The position numbers and the translations under genes were made by a program. From an uncultured delta proteobacterium (GTDB lineage: Bacteria; Desulfobacterota; Binatia; UBA9968), in the NCBI GenBank assembly GCA_963745035.1, contig CAVUVW010000021.1:32001-96000 (forward strand): DNA of 64,000 nt, given 5' to 3'. The notes under the pieces were generated by a model, which was not told the origin of the DNA, did no database searches, and worked only from the letters and a program-made list of their open reading frames with translations. Each line of letters starts with the position of its first letter. The first letter of the stretch is position 1. Below are positions 22,927 to 32,210 of the stretch, piece after piece.

Positions 22927-24167
22927 TGGACCGCCTCCGACGCCGGCTCGACGCTCACGCCGGGATATTCCCGGCTGAACTGCGCCAGCGATTGGTGCCG
23001 CAGCGCCGGCGCGACCTGCTCGGCGAAGAGCTTCATGCTTTTGCGCGCGAGCTGATCGGGCATGTTGCCGAGTTGAAATTGGATCAACAAGTTGCCGACC
23101 TTGGCTTTCTCGATCAGATTCTGAATGCGCCGGGTGACCGTCTCCGGACTGCCGACGATGATCGACTGCGAGGCGTCGAGCTCGTCCCAATTTTCCACGT
23201 CGCCCAAGAGCTTGCGCCCGGGCTGGTAGCCTTTGAGATATTCGCGCCACGCCGCCGCGGGAATGTACGGCACGCCGGGGCCGTAGGTGAGCTGGCGGCC
23301 TTCGCGGCGCAGATGACCCTTGAGACAATTTTTCAGAAAGTACCAGACGCCTTCTTCGCATTCCTCGCGCGCCTGGCGGTCGGTCTCGGCGACGTAGGTG
23401 GACATCAGGATGCCGAAGCGAAACGGCTGGTACTTGTCGCCGTGGTTTTCCAGCACCTTGGCAAATTCCTGCTGCGCCCGGTGGGTCTCGCCACCGTGGC
23501 TGCGCGAGGAAAGAAAATAGCAATAGCCGCGCTTGGCGACTTCGGTCATGGTCGCGGGACTGCGCGAGCCGGGGATCCACACCGGCGGAAACGGTTTCTG
23601 CAGCGGCTTGGGCCAGAGATTGACGTAGCGCAGCGGAAAGTAGCGGCCTTCGTGGGCAAAGGGGCCGTCCTCGGTCCACGAGCGCACGATCAAGTCCGCC
23701 GCTTCCCAAAATTTTTCCCGGGTGTTGGCCGACGGCACGTCGTAATTAAAGGTTTCCGGTCCGCCGCCGGGCGCGAAGCCGGCGATCAAGCGGCCGTCGC
23801 TCATCTGGTCGAGCATGGCGTACTCTTCGGCCACGCGCATCGGATTCAAATGCAGCGGCAGCAGGTTGCCGAGGATGACGATCTTGCCGCGGCTGGTGCA
23901 TTGCGACAACGCAGCGGCGATCAGGTTGGGCGAGGGCATCAAGCCGTAAATATTTTGATGGTGCTCGTTGAGCACCATGCCGTCGAAGCCGAGCTCGTCG
24001 GCGTAGGCGAGCTGGTCGATATATTCCTGATACAGACCGCGCGCCTTGCGATTGTCCCATAAACGATTGGGCACGGTGACCCAGCCGCTGTATTCCTTCT
24101 CGTCGAAGTCTTTGCCGAGATAGGGATAGGCCATGAAATGCCAGCAGAAAAGTTGCACCGGTTTCAT
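22923..24167 (-). CDS. Luciferase-like (LLM) flavin-dependent oxidoreductase
   Basis: ADELGFDGMVLNEHH, MPSPN, RVAEEYAMLDQMSDGRL, PKPLQKP. Confidence 0.93.
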   Translation of the reverse strand: MKPVQLFCWHFMAYPYLGKDFDEKEYSGWVTVPNRLWDNRKARGLYQEYIDQLAYADELGFDGMVLNEHHQNIYGLMPSPNLIAAALSQCTSRGKIVILGNLLPLHLNPMRVAEEYAMLDQMSDGRLIAGFAPGGGPETFNYDVPSANTREKFWEAADLIVRSWTEDGPFAHEGRYFPLRYVNLWPKPLQKPFPPVWIPGSRSPATMTEVAKRGYCYFLSSRSHGGETHRAQQEFAKVLENHGDKYQPFRFGILMSTYVAETDRQAREECEEGVWYFLKNCLKGHLRREGRQLTYGPGVPYIPAAAWREYLKGYQPGRKLLGDVENWDELDASQSIIVGSPETVTRRIQNLIEKAKVGNLLIQFQLGNMPDQLARKSMKLFAEQVAPALRHQSLAQFSREYPGVSVEPASEAVH

Positions 24168-24375
24168 CGTTCACCTCGGAAAACTGGGGTTAGACCAGCG
24201 GGCGCCGTTGCCGGCGAGATTTGTCGGACTATAACTGTATTGGTCGGCGGAGCGCAACCGATGGCGCGCGCTGAGTGCACCGCGAGAGAAAATTCATTTT
24301 CGCGATGCGCAAGCGCGCTCCGGCTCTCGCAATAGCGCGGCGGGCACAGGTAAAATCTGCGGCATTCGAAAAGTC

Positions 24376-26082
24376 ATGAAGCCTATGTGGAAAAAATTGG
24401 CCTGGATCGCGGCGTTGATGTTCGGAGCCGGTTGCGGCGGAACTGAGGTGGATTTCGCCCGCTCGCTGGCGGTGAAGGCGCCGGCGGACTTGGTCTTGCG
24501 CGGCGGCAAGATCGTCACCGTCGACAAAAATTTTTCGATTCGTGAGGCGATCGCGATCAAAGACGGGCGCTTCCTCGCCGTGGGCAGCGAGCGCGACGTC
24601 CGACCGCTTGTCGGGCCGAGCACACGGGTGATCGATCTCGCCGGCCGGACCGTGATCCCGGGGCTGATCGACGCGCGCATCCATGCGACGGCGGCGTGCA
24701 TGAATTGGAATGCCGAGCTTCACTGGCAGTCCACGCGCACGCTTGCCGACGCGCTCAATCAGATCGCCGCCGCGACCAAGATCAGGGCGCGCGGAAGCTG
24801 GATCGTCGCCGGTGGCGGCTGGGTGCCGACGCAATTTCCCGAGCGGCGTTTTCCCACGCGCGCGGATCTGGACGCGGTCGCGCCCGATCATCCGGTTTAC
24901 GTTCAATATTTGAACGAGGGAGCGCTCTTGAACGGCGCGGCGCTTGCGGCTCTGGGCATCGATCGCGCCACACCCGATCCGGCGGGCGGGAAATTCGAGC
25001 GCGATCCGAAAAGCGGCGAGCTCAGCGGTTGGCTGCAAGGCGAGCCCGCCTGGCGTTTCGCCTACGACAAGATTCCGCGGCCCAGCCTCGATGCGGCGCG
25101 CCAGAGTTTGCGGAGCTGTTTTCGCGAGCTCGCCGGTCTCGGGGTTACCTCGATAGGCGACGTGCAGCCGCGCGCCGTCACGTTCGCCCATCGCAGAGTG
25201 CTGGCCGGCTTGGCGCGCTCAGGGGAGGTGCCGCTGCGCATCCATTTTTACGTCGGCCTCGATGGCGCGCGCGATGACATGGAACGATTAAAGCTCGTGG
25301 CCGAGGAGATCAAGAGTCTCGGATCACACGAGTTGCTTCGTTTCGACGGTTTTGCCTGGACGCGAACCGGCGCGGCGCCGGCGGACGGCGCGGTGAAGGA
25401 GAGGTTTCTTGGTGCCGCGCGGTTTTTCGCGGAAAACGGCCACAATTTTCACGTAACCGCCGACGACGACGGCGCGGCGCGGCCGCTGCTCGACGCGCTC
25501 GAAGAGATTCACGTAGTCATTCCCTTTGCGCGCCATCGCATCGTCTTTGCCGGGCTCGACGACGCCGCGCCCGAAACCATCGAGCGCATCAAAAAACTGG
25601 GCGGCGCAATCGCGGTGCAGAGCCGCATGGCGCTTTCCGGCGAGCGCAACGTCGAGCGCTGGGGGCTCGAAAAAACGCGCAATGCGCCGCCGTTGCGCGC
25701 GCTGCTCGAATCGGCTATCCCGGTGGGCGTCGGCAGCGGCGCGTTTCGCACGGCGAGTTATGCGCCGATGCTGTCGCTCTGGTGGCTGGTCACCGGCAAG
25801 ACCGTCGCTGGCTTGGTGCTGCGCAGCCCGAGCCAGAATCTGACGCGCGCCGAAGCTCTGCGCCTGCACACCATGGGCGGCGCCTGGCTGACTCTGGAAG
25901 AGGGCCGGAAGGGATCGATAGAAGTCGGCAAGTACGCCGATCTTGCGGTGCTGAGCGCGGACTATCTCACAGTGCCGGAAGAGCATATCCGCTCGCTCCA
26001 GTCGCTGCTCACTATCGTCGGTGGGCGGATCGTCCATGCAGCCGGTCCGTTCGATCCGTCGGCGCCCAAGGAGCGGCGATAA
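24376..26082 (+). CDS. Amidohydrolase_3 (YtcJ-like) homologue, putative lipoprotein, metal ligands degenerate
   Basis: VIDLAGRTVIPGLID, KGSIEVGKYADLAVL; signal ending FGAGC. Confidence 0.88.
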   Translation: MKPMWKKLAWIAALMFGAGCGGTEVDFARSLAVKAPADLVLRGGKIVTVDKNFSIREAIAIKDGRFLAVGSERDVRPLVGPSTRVIDLAGRTVIPGLIDARIHATAACMNWNAELHWQSTRTLADALNQIAAATKIRARGSWIVAGGGWVPTQFPERRFPTRADLDAVAPDHPVYVQYLNEGALLNGAALAALGIDRATPDPAGGKFERDPKSGELSGWLQGEPAWRFAYDKIPRPSLDAARQSLRSCFRELAGLGVTSIGDVQPRAVTFAHRRVLAGLARSGEVPLRIHFYVGLDGARDDMERLKLVAEEIKSLGSHELLRFDGFAWTRTGAAPADGAVKERFLGAARFFAENGHNFHVTADDDGAARPLLDALEEIHVVIPFARHRIVFAGLDDAAPETIERIKKLGGAIAVQSRMALSGERNVERWGLEKTRNAPPLRALLESAIPVGVGSGAFRTASYAPMLSLWWLVTGKTVAGLVLRSPSQNLTRAEALRLHTMGGAWLTLEEGRKGSIEVGKYADLAVLSADYLTVPEEHIRSLQSLLTIVGGRIVHAAGPFDPSAPKERR

Positions 26083-26091
26083 AAGGAGGCG

Positions 26092-27054
26092 ATGATGCAA
26101 TCAAGGACGATCGCGCTCGGCGCGCGACTGATGCTCGCGGCGTTGCTGTTTATCGCTTGGCGCGCCGGCGCGGCGGCGGCGGAGCGCTTCTACATCAGCA
26201 TTCCCGGCCCGACGTTGAGCTATGTGCCGCTTTACTATGGCCAGGAAAAAGGATTTTTCGCGCAGGAGGGTTTGGACCTCCAGGTTCTCGTGGTGCGCGG
26301 CATCGTCGGCGTGAGCAGCCTCATGTCCGGTGAGATCGACGTCACCTGCCATGCCGGCAGCGGCTTCTCGGCGGCCCTGCGCGGCGTGCCGGTGAAAGTC
26401 ATCTCCGTCACGCGCGACCGGCCGATCCATGAGCTGGTCGTCGCGCCGGCGGCAAATTCATCGGCGGAGCTCAAAGGCAAAGCGATCGCCGTCGGTTCGC
26501 TCGACGGCACGGCGGCGATCATGACCCGGCGGATTCTCAACGCCAAGGGACTTGACGCGCAAAAGGACGTCAATCTGCTCAGCATGGATACGCCGGCGCG
26601 TCTGCAGTCGCTGTTTTCCGGCAGAGTCGCCGGCGCCATGATGACGCCGCCGGCGATCTATCTCGCGGAGGAGAAGGGCTATAAGATTTTTGGCCGCGGG
26701 CGCGATTACATGCGCTATCTTCAGACCGGCGTGGTCTCGACCGATAGCCACATCAAGCAGCGGCGCGACAAGCTGCTGCGATTTCTCCGGGCGTGGAACC
26801 GCGGGCTCAAAGCCTACCAGGAAAGTCCCGAGGTCATGATTCCCTACCTGCAAAAGCGTCTCGGCATCAAAGACGCGCAGGAGGCGCGCCGTATGTATCA
26901 GGACGATGCGCCTTTCGTTCTCGACGGCGGACGGCTAAGCGCCGAGGCGGCGAAGGAAATCATCGAAATCGGCCGCGAAGCGCTGCGCATCAAAGAGCCG
27001 GTTCCGGCCGAGAAGATTTTCGATTTTTCGCTGGCGACCGAGGCGATGAAGTAA
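26092..27054 (+). CDS. SsuA/TauA/NMT1-like substrate-binding protein
   Basis: Signal peptide, EKGFFAQEGLD, LKGKAIAVGS. Confidence 0.9.
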   Translation: MMQSRTIALGARLMLAALLFIAWRAGAAAAERFYISIPGPTLSYVPLYYGQEKGFFAQEGLDLQVLVVRGIVGVSSLMSGEIDVTCHAGSGFSAALRGVPVKVISVTRDRPIHELVVAPAANSSAELKGKAIAVGSLDGTAAIMTRRILNAKGLDAQKDVNLLSMDTPARLQSLFSGRVAGAMMTPPAIYLAEEKGYKIFGRGRDYMRYLQTGVVSTDSHIKQRRDKLLRFLRAWNRGLKAYQESPEVMIPYLQKRLGIKDAQEARRMYQDDAPFVLDGGRLSAEAAKEIIEIGREALRIKEPVPAEKIFDFSLATEAMK

Positions 27055-27231
27055 GCGCGGGCGCGGCGCCGATTTGCTGTTTGCGCTCAGCTGCTGAGAG
27101 GGATTCGAAATGCTTCGCGTGCCTCAGATGAACCGGCATCCTCTGCGTTTCTCGCTTCGATAAACTCAGGCAGGCCTCTGCTCGAAGGACCCAAAACCGC
27201 AACCTGGTCGACCCAAACCGAACAAACAGGT

Positions 27232-27292
27232 CGAGGATGGAGGATCGGATGATCGAGGATCATCCGGTTCCATCCTCTATTCTCCGTCCTCG
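27232..27292. repeat. GAGGAT(G/C) units with inverted CATCCTC-type units
   Basis: CGAGGATGGAGGATCG...GAGGAT ... CCATCCTCTATTCTCCGTCCTCG. Confidence 0.6.
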
Positions 27293-27393
27293 GCTCGTAT
27301 CCCGGCTTTCGGTCTGAAGCCGGATGTGTCACTTCGCGGGCCGCTCGCAAAGGCGCGCGCGACTTCGTAGTTCTGGACCAGCGGAGGCAAGCG

Positions 27394-28812
27394 ATGAGCT
27401 ACAAAGACGTGCGGGGATGGATCGAACAGGTTGACGCGATGGGCGAGCTCAAAACCATTCACGGCGCCGACTGGAATCTCGAAATCGGCGCGTTGTCGGT
27501 GCTTGCCTCGAAGCACAAAGAAAACAGTCCCGCGCTGCTGTTTGATCGGATCAAGGACTATCCGGTGGGGTATCGCATCCTGGTCGGCTTTTTCGAAAGC
27601 CTCAAGCGCTCGGCGCTCACGACCAATTTGCCGCTCGACATCACCCGAGAAGGGTTCATTCAAGCATGGCGCCAGCGCCTGGCGACGCCTGAATCGATTC
27701 CGCCGACGACGGTCGCAACGGGACCGGTACTGGAGAATGTGGTCACGGGCGATGATATCGATCTTTTCAAGTTTCCGGTACCGCGCTGGCACGAGCGCGA
27801 CGGCGGCCGCTATATCGGCACCGGCCACGTGGTCATCACGCGCGATCCGGACGAGGGCTGGGTAAACGTCGGCTGCTACCGGGTCATGGTTCACGACCGG
27901 AACACGATGGGCATGAATATCTCGCCCGGCAAGCACGGGCGCATGCACCGGCAGAAATATTTCGATCGGGGCAAGCCGTGTCCGGTGGTCTGCTGCTTCG
28001 GCGTCGATCCGCTTCTGCACATGATCGCCACTCGCCCGGAGCCCTACGGCCGGAGTGAATTCGATGCCGTAGGCGGCATCAAAGGCGAGCCGGTCGAGGT
28101 GATTCTCGGGGAATACACCGGGCTGCCGATTCCGGCATACGCCGAGATCGCCGTCGAGGGAGAATTCTTGCCGGACCAGGGCAGGGAGGAAGGACCGTTC
28201 AGCGAATGGACCGGCTACTATGCGAGCGGCGAAAAGCTCGAGCCGCTAATCCGCGTCCACCGCCTGTATCACAGAGACGATCCGATCATCACCGCGTCGC
28301 CGGAATATCGTCCGACGGCGCGCGCGGAGCATTGCTACGAGCTGTTGCGCGCCGCCTATATTCGCGATCAGGTCGAGAAAGCCGGCGTGCCGGATGTCGC
28401 CGGGGTAGCGAGCTATTTCCGGCGCTTTCTGACCGTGATCTCGATCCGCCAGCGCTATCCCGGCCACTCGCGCCAAGCCGGCCTGATCGCAAGCCAATGT
28501 CAAGGTGCGGCCTACTTGGGGCGTTACGTCGTCGTGGTCGACGACGACATCGACGTCTACGACATCAGCGATGTTTTATGGGCGATGTGCAGCCGCGCTG
28601 ACCCGGTCGACTCCGCCGAAATCCTGCGGCGCTGCTGGAGCGGTCCGCTCGACCCGATCATCCCGCGCGAGCGCAAGGGCTTTAGCTCACGCATGATTAT
28701 CGACGCCTGCCGTCCGTTCGAGTGGCGCGACCGCTTTCCCCCGGCGGCGGAGATCAGCGCCGAACGGCGCAAGGCGGTGATCAAGAAATGGCGCAATGAG
28801 TTGTTTGAGTGA
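27394..28812 (+). CDS. UbiD-family (prFMN-dependent) decarboxylase
   Basis: DGGRYIGT, NVGCYR, EGPFSEWTGYY, VVVDDDID. Confidence 0.93.
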   Translation: MSYKDVRGWIEQVDAMGELKTIHGADWNLEIGALSVLASKHKENSPALLFDRIKDYPVGYRILVGFFESLKRSALTTNLPLDITREGFIQAWRQRLATPESIPPTTVATGPVLENVVTGDDIDLFKFPVPRWHERDGGRYIGTGHVVITRDPDEGWVNVGCYRVMVHDRNTMGMNISPGKHGRMHRQKYFDRGKPCPVVCCFGVDPLLHMIATRPEPYGRSEFDAVGGIKGEPVEVILGEYTGLPIPAYAEIAVEGEFLPDQGREEGPFSEWTGYYASGEKLEPLIRVHRLYHRDDPIITASPEYRPTARAEHCYELLRAAYIRDQVEKAGVPDVAGVASYFRRFLTVISIRQRYPGHSRQAGLIASQCQGAAYLGRYVVVVDDDIDVYDISDVLWAMCSRADPVDSAEILRRCWSGPLDPIIPRERKGFSSRMIIDACRPFEWRDRFPPAAEISAERRKAVIKKWRNELFE

Positions 28813-28835
28813 CGGGAATGGGTCGGGAACCTAGC

Positions 28836-28866
28836 GCGAGGCCCGAGCTAGGTGCTCGGGCCTCGC
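28836..28866. terminator. 13-bp hairpin after the UbiD gene
   Basis: GCGAGGCCCGAGC-TAGGT-GCTCGGGCCTCGC. Confidence 0.6.
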
Positions 28867-28923
28867 TACCTTCCGAAGCTGCGTTGTCCCGGTGTGGTGA
28901 AGGATTCGGTCTAACTGAGTTTT

Positions 28924-28954
28924 AAAAAACGGCCAGGCTCTTTCGAGCCTGGCC
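28924..28954 (-). terminator. Intrinsic terminator
   Basis: Minus strand GGCCAGGCTC-GAAA-GAGCCTGGCC-GTTTTTT. Confidence 0.85.
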
Positions 28955-29047
28955 TGTGGCCACTGAACGTGACGGGGGGCTCAGTGGCCGGCCGCTGTCC
29001 CGTGGGAGCTGTGCTGAAGGAGGCAGCGCGGGACGCGGCGAATCGAA

Positions 29048-29251
29048 CTAGTTGAGCTTGCAGCGGTCGGGAGCCCGGAAAAATTTTGCCCTGTGCAGGC
29101 GCCGTTGCAAGTACGTATCTTTCGGCCAGTCCCAATTGCGGCCGGGCAGGGCCTCGCCATTGTAAGCTGCACCGTTTACCTTGCTCTGCATGAAGACAAG
29201 TTGCCAATAGCTTGGTTTCTCGTTTTCCGTTTCCGTCGTTTTCACTTCCAT
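29048..29251 (-). CDS. 67-aa hypothetical protein
   Basis: GGAGGA directly before ATG; lies between a sigma54 site and a terminator; in-frame upstream ATG at 29365. Confidence 0.55.
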   Translation of the reverse strand: MEVKTTETENEKPSYWQLVFMQSKVNGAAYNGEALPGRNWDWPKDTYLQRRLHRAKFFRAPDRCKLN

Positions 29252-29384
29252 TCCTCCGTCGGTACTTTTTTTTAGACGACTCCAATAATCGACCAGCATA
29301 CAATCTCCCGTCATCCTGCCTTTCTCCCGATTCAGATTGTGCTCTTTGGATTTCCAACCCTTCATTCCGTCGGTTTCTCTGTAG

Positions 29385-29400
29385 AGCAGACGCCGTGCCG
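29385..29400 (-). promoter_or_regulatory. sigma54 -24/-12 promoter
   Basis: CGGCACGGCGTCTGCT (GG-N10-GC). Confidence 0.7.
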
Positions 29401-29888
29401 GGCTGAAGATCCGCCGGATTTACCGTGTTGTCGTGTATTGTCTTGAGAAATACGAGGTCGAGCGGAGGCAGGGCAGACCGGGGCATGCTGGAGAAATGCT
29501 GTTTCGGTCAAATATGCCGGACCGAGGTCTGGTTGGCATAGGAGGGGCTTACGCGGAAATGGTTATCCAAAGGCTGCAAAGCGGGGCGAAAAATCCAGCC
29601 TTGGCGCAAACGACGCAAAGAAAGGTGCCGATGGAATGCCTAGTAGTGAAAGGTCTCCTGGGACTTTTTGGACGAAAAGGTCTCCTGCGACGGACTTTGC
29701 TCAAAGCCACAGCGGAGAAACATGTCAAAGGTATTGTAATTTCGAGACCACGCCGGATCGAGAGCTGCCGGCGCCCAACTCGGGGAAGTGGGGAGCGCCA
29801 TCAACGTCTCCACCCGGGTTGGATAATTTCTTCCATGAGCGGATCGACAAACGCCTGGTTGCCATCGTCAGCTCCTCGGGACCAGGCT

Positions 29889-30869
29889 TCATCTTTTTTC
29901 TTTCAGAACCTCGTCGACCCAGGTGTAGTCCACGACTTTAGGCACCGGCACGGCGCTTGGGATCAACTTTGCGGCGAGCGCTTCATCATAGATGGCCTGC
30001 AAGTCTTTGAGAGGGATCTTGCCGTCAGAGGTAAATCCGTTCAGCCAGACCCGGTAGGATTCTTCGGCGACCTTCGGCGTGAGCTTCCATTTGTTCTGAA
30101 TATAATTGACCATCCAGCTCTTTTCCCGGCGGTTGAATTCCATCGCCTCGAAAGTCGCGCGCACGACCGCCTTCACTCCCGCCGGATCTTTCTTGAGCTT
30201 GGCCTCGTGGGTGGCGATGCCGCCTGAGGCGGAGCGCTGGTTAAATTCCAGCGCCGATGCGAGCTCGCGATAGCCTTTTTGCGTCATCACGAAATTATGC
30301 GGCAAAGAAAGCAAAGCGGCGGCGACGTGGCCTTGGCTGAGCGACTGAACGCTGTTCGAAACCGAGCCGGTCTGAATGAATGTCACTTGTTCGGGGTTGA
30401 CGCCCTTGCGCCGGACTAGATCGCGGGCGACGATGTCTTGCAAGGTTGCCAGACGGTCGACGGCAACGGTCTTGCCGACGAGGTCTTCCATACGCCGGAG
30501 CTCCGGACTGCCGACGAGCCAAAAAAGCGTCTTTTCGTGGGTGATCATGATGCCCTTGAAGGGCAAGCCACGCGCGGCCGCTACCAGCGGGCTTGTAATG
30601 CCCGTGAGATAGTCGATCTCGCCGGCGACTAGCGCCGAAGTCTGCACCGCGCCGGCCATCTGGACCATATCGACGTCGAGCCCGTGCTTTTTGTAGATGC
30701 CGGCATCCTTGGCGACAAAGAACGTAAGAAAAGTAAGGCTGAATGCCGGGTAGCCGATGCGCACTCGTTTCAACTCCTGGGCGTGAAGCGCGGAGTGGAA
30801 GAGAAGGAATAGGCCCGCGGCAATTGTGCGGGCGATGCAGCGGCGAAGGGCGCTGTTTCGGCGAATCAT
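29889..30869 (-). CDS. SsuA/TauA/NMT1-like substrate-binding protein
   Basis: Signal peptide, VRIGYP, KDAGIYKKHGLDV, LVGKTVAVD. Confidence 0.9.
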   Translation of the reverse strand: MIRRNSALRRCIARTIAAGLFLLFHSALHAQELKRVRIGYPAFSLTFLTFFVAKDAGIYKKHGLDVDMVQMAGAVQTSALVAGEIDYLTGITSPLVAAARGLPFKGIMITHEKTLFWLVGSPELRRMEDLVGKTVAVDRLATLQDIVARDLVRRKGVNPEQVTFIQTGSVSNSVQSLSQGHVAAALLSLPHNFVMTQKGYRELASALEFNQRSASGGIATHEAKLKKDPAGVKAVVRATFEAMEFNRREKSWMVNYIQNKWKLTPKVAEESYRVWLNGFTSDGKIPLKDLQAIYDEALAAKLIPSAVPVPKVVDYTWVDEVLKEKR

Positions 30870-31073
30870 GGGCTTTCTCGCGGTAAACGCGGGCGCCGGA
30901 CACGATTGACATGAGGCGCGCGTTCGACCATCTTCGCGGTGATCAATGCCGCCCATGCTTTTCATGGGCGGTTGCATCACCGCTTGGCGCCGCCGCGCAC
31001 GGCAACGATTTTCTCCGCGTCGGCGCAAGCGCGGAATTGCTTAACGTGGTCGGTCGCCCAACTCATGTTGTGA

Positions 31074-31950
31074 TCAGGCGCGCAGGTTTTTTCTCAGAAA
31101 ATCCAGCGTCCGCGCCCAGGCCTCCTGCGCCGCTTGAGCGTGGTACCGTTCAGCGTTGCTATCGTTGTTAAATGCGTGTTGGGCGCCGGAATATATCTTG
31201 TGATCGTAAACCTTGTTGTATTTTTTCATCGCGGCCACGGTTTCGTCGATGCCCTTGTTAACGCCCGGGTCCTTCTCGCCGTAGTGGGCCATCAAGGGCG
31301 CGCGGATATTTTTCACCGAATCGAGCGGGCTCGGGCTACGGCCGTAGAAAACTACCGCGGCGTCGAGCGCATTCAACTGCGTCGCGGACGCAAAAGTCAT
31401 TTCGCCACCCCAGCAAAAACCAATCAAGCCGTGCCTGTCGGCTCGCACGTCAGGAAGCACGTTGAGATAGGCAAATCCCGACGCGACGTCCTCCGCCACG
31501 TTCTGCCACGGAGTAGTTTCACGAATGTTGGAGATTCCGCCACCCTTCGGGTTGACTTTCATGGTGCCGCCTTGGCGCGATAAGAAGTCCGGCGCGAGGG
31601 CCACGTAACCTTCCTTGGCGAGTCGGCGCGCGATATCGCGGATATGATCGTTGAGCCCTTGCATTTTCGTGGATGACGATGACGCCGGGGTATTTTCCTG
31701 CCTTCACCGGACGGGCGAGATACGCGGCCACTGGCCCGGCCTTACCATCGTAACTGACATTATGGGTGAGAACCGCCGGGTCGTTGTCAGCGACCTGAGC
31801 GGCGCCTGCCTTCGCCGACCCAAGCGCGGCGATCATCCCGCTGGCAGCGGTCAGGCTACCCGTAATCATGACCGCTTGGCGCATGAACTCGCGGCGGGAA
31901 ATTTTACCGCTGCGGAAATCCTGCCACAGTCGTTTGATTTCTTCTGCCAT
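31074..31950 (-). CDS. Tat-exported dienelactone hydrolase family protein (indel near 31663)
   Basis: SRREFM Tat motif, VIHEN/GLNDHI, GFCWGG, HAFNND. Confidence 0.88.
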
Positions 31951-32210
31951 AGTGCCTCCTTTTAATTTCCTCGCCGGACTACCCAGCGGGCTGGTGAAGC
32001 GCAACATTCTTAGCGGTCTGATCGCTCGCAGTCAAGATGCCTTCAAAGAACTATTGGAGGAGCGGCGGCCTTCGCCTTGGGGTCGCTGCCTTTTTTAACG
32101 ACGGGTCGCATCTAGGATTGCCCGCGGACGGGTTGTAGAATTGGTTAGCGATTGCCGAAGGATCAAAGGCCTTGAAACGTCTAAGTAAAAGAGTTCGAAA
32201 GGAGCCAAAT

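Noticed and set aside
22927-23709. 531-aa hydrolase with a long N-terminal extension
   Set aside because: The extension is an off-frame read through the LLM gene; the hydrolase begins at TTG 22926.
27154-27187. Mobile element suggested by CTTCGATAAACTCAGG...CTCGAAGG
   Set aside because: Single degenerate REP-like copy with no transposase or target duplication.
29400-29640. c-di-GMP-I/cGAMP (GEMM) riboswitch, suggested by ATACACGACAA and GCAAACGACGCAAAG
   Set aside because: The fragments are on opposite strands and lack the P2 GNRA-loop stem and P3 receptor.
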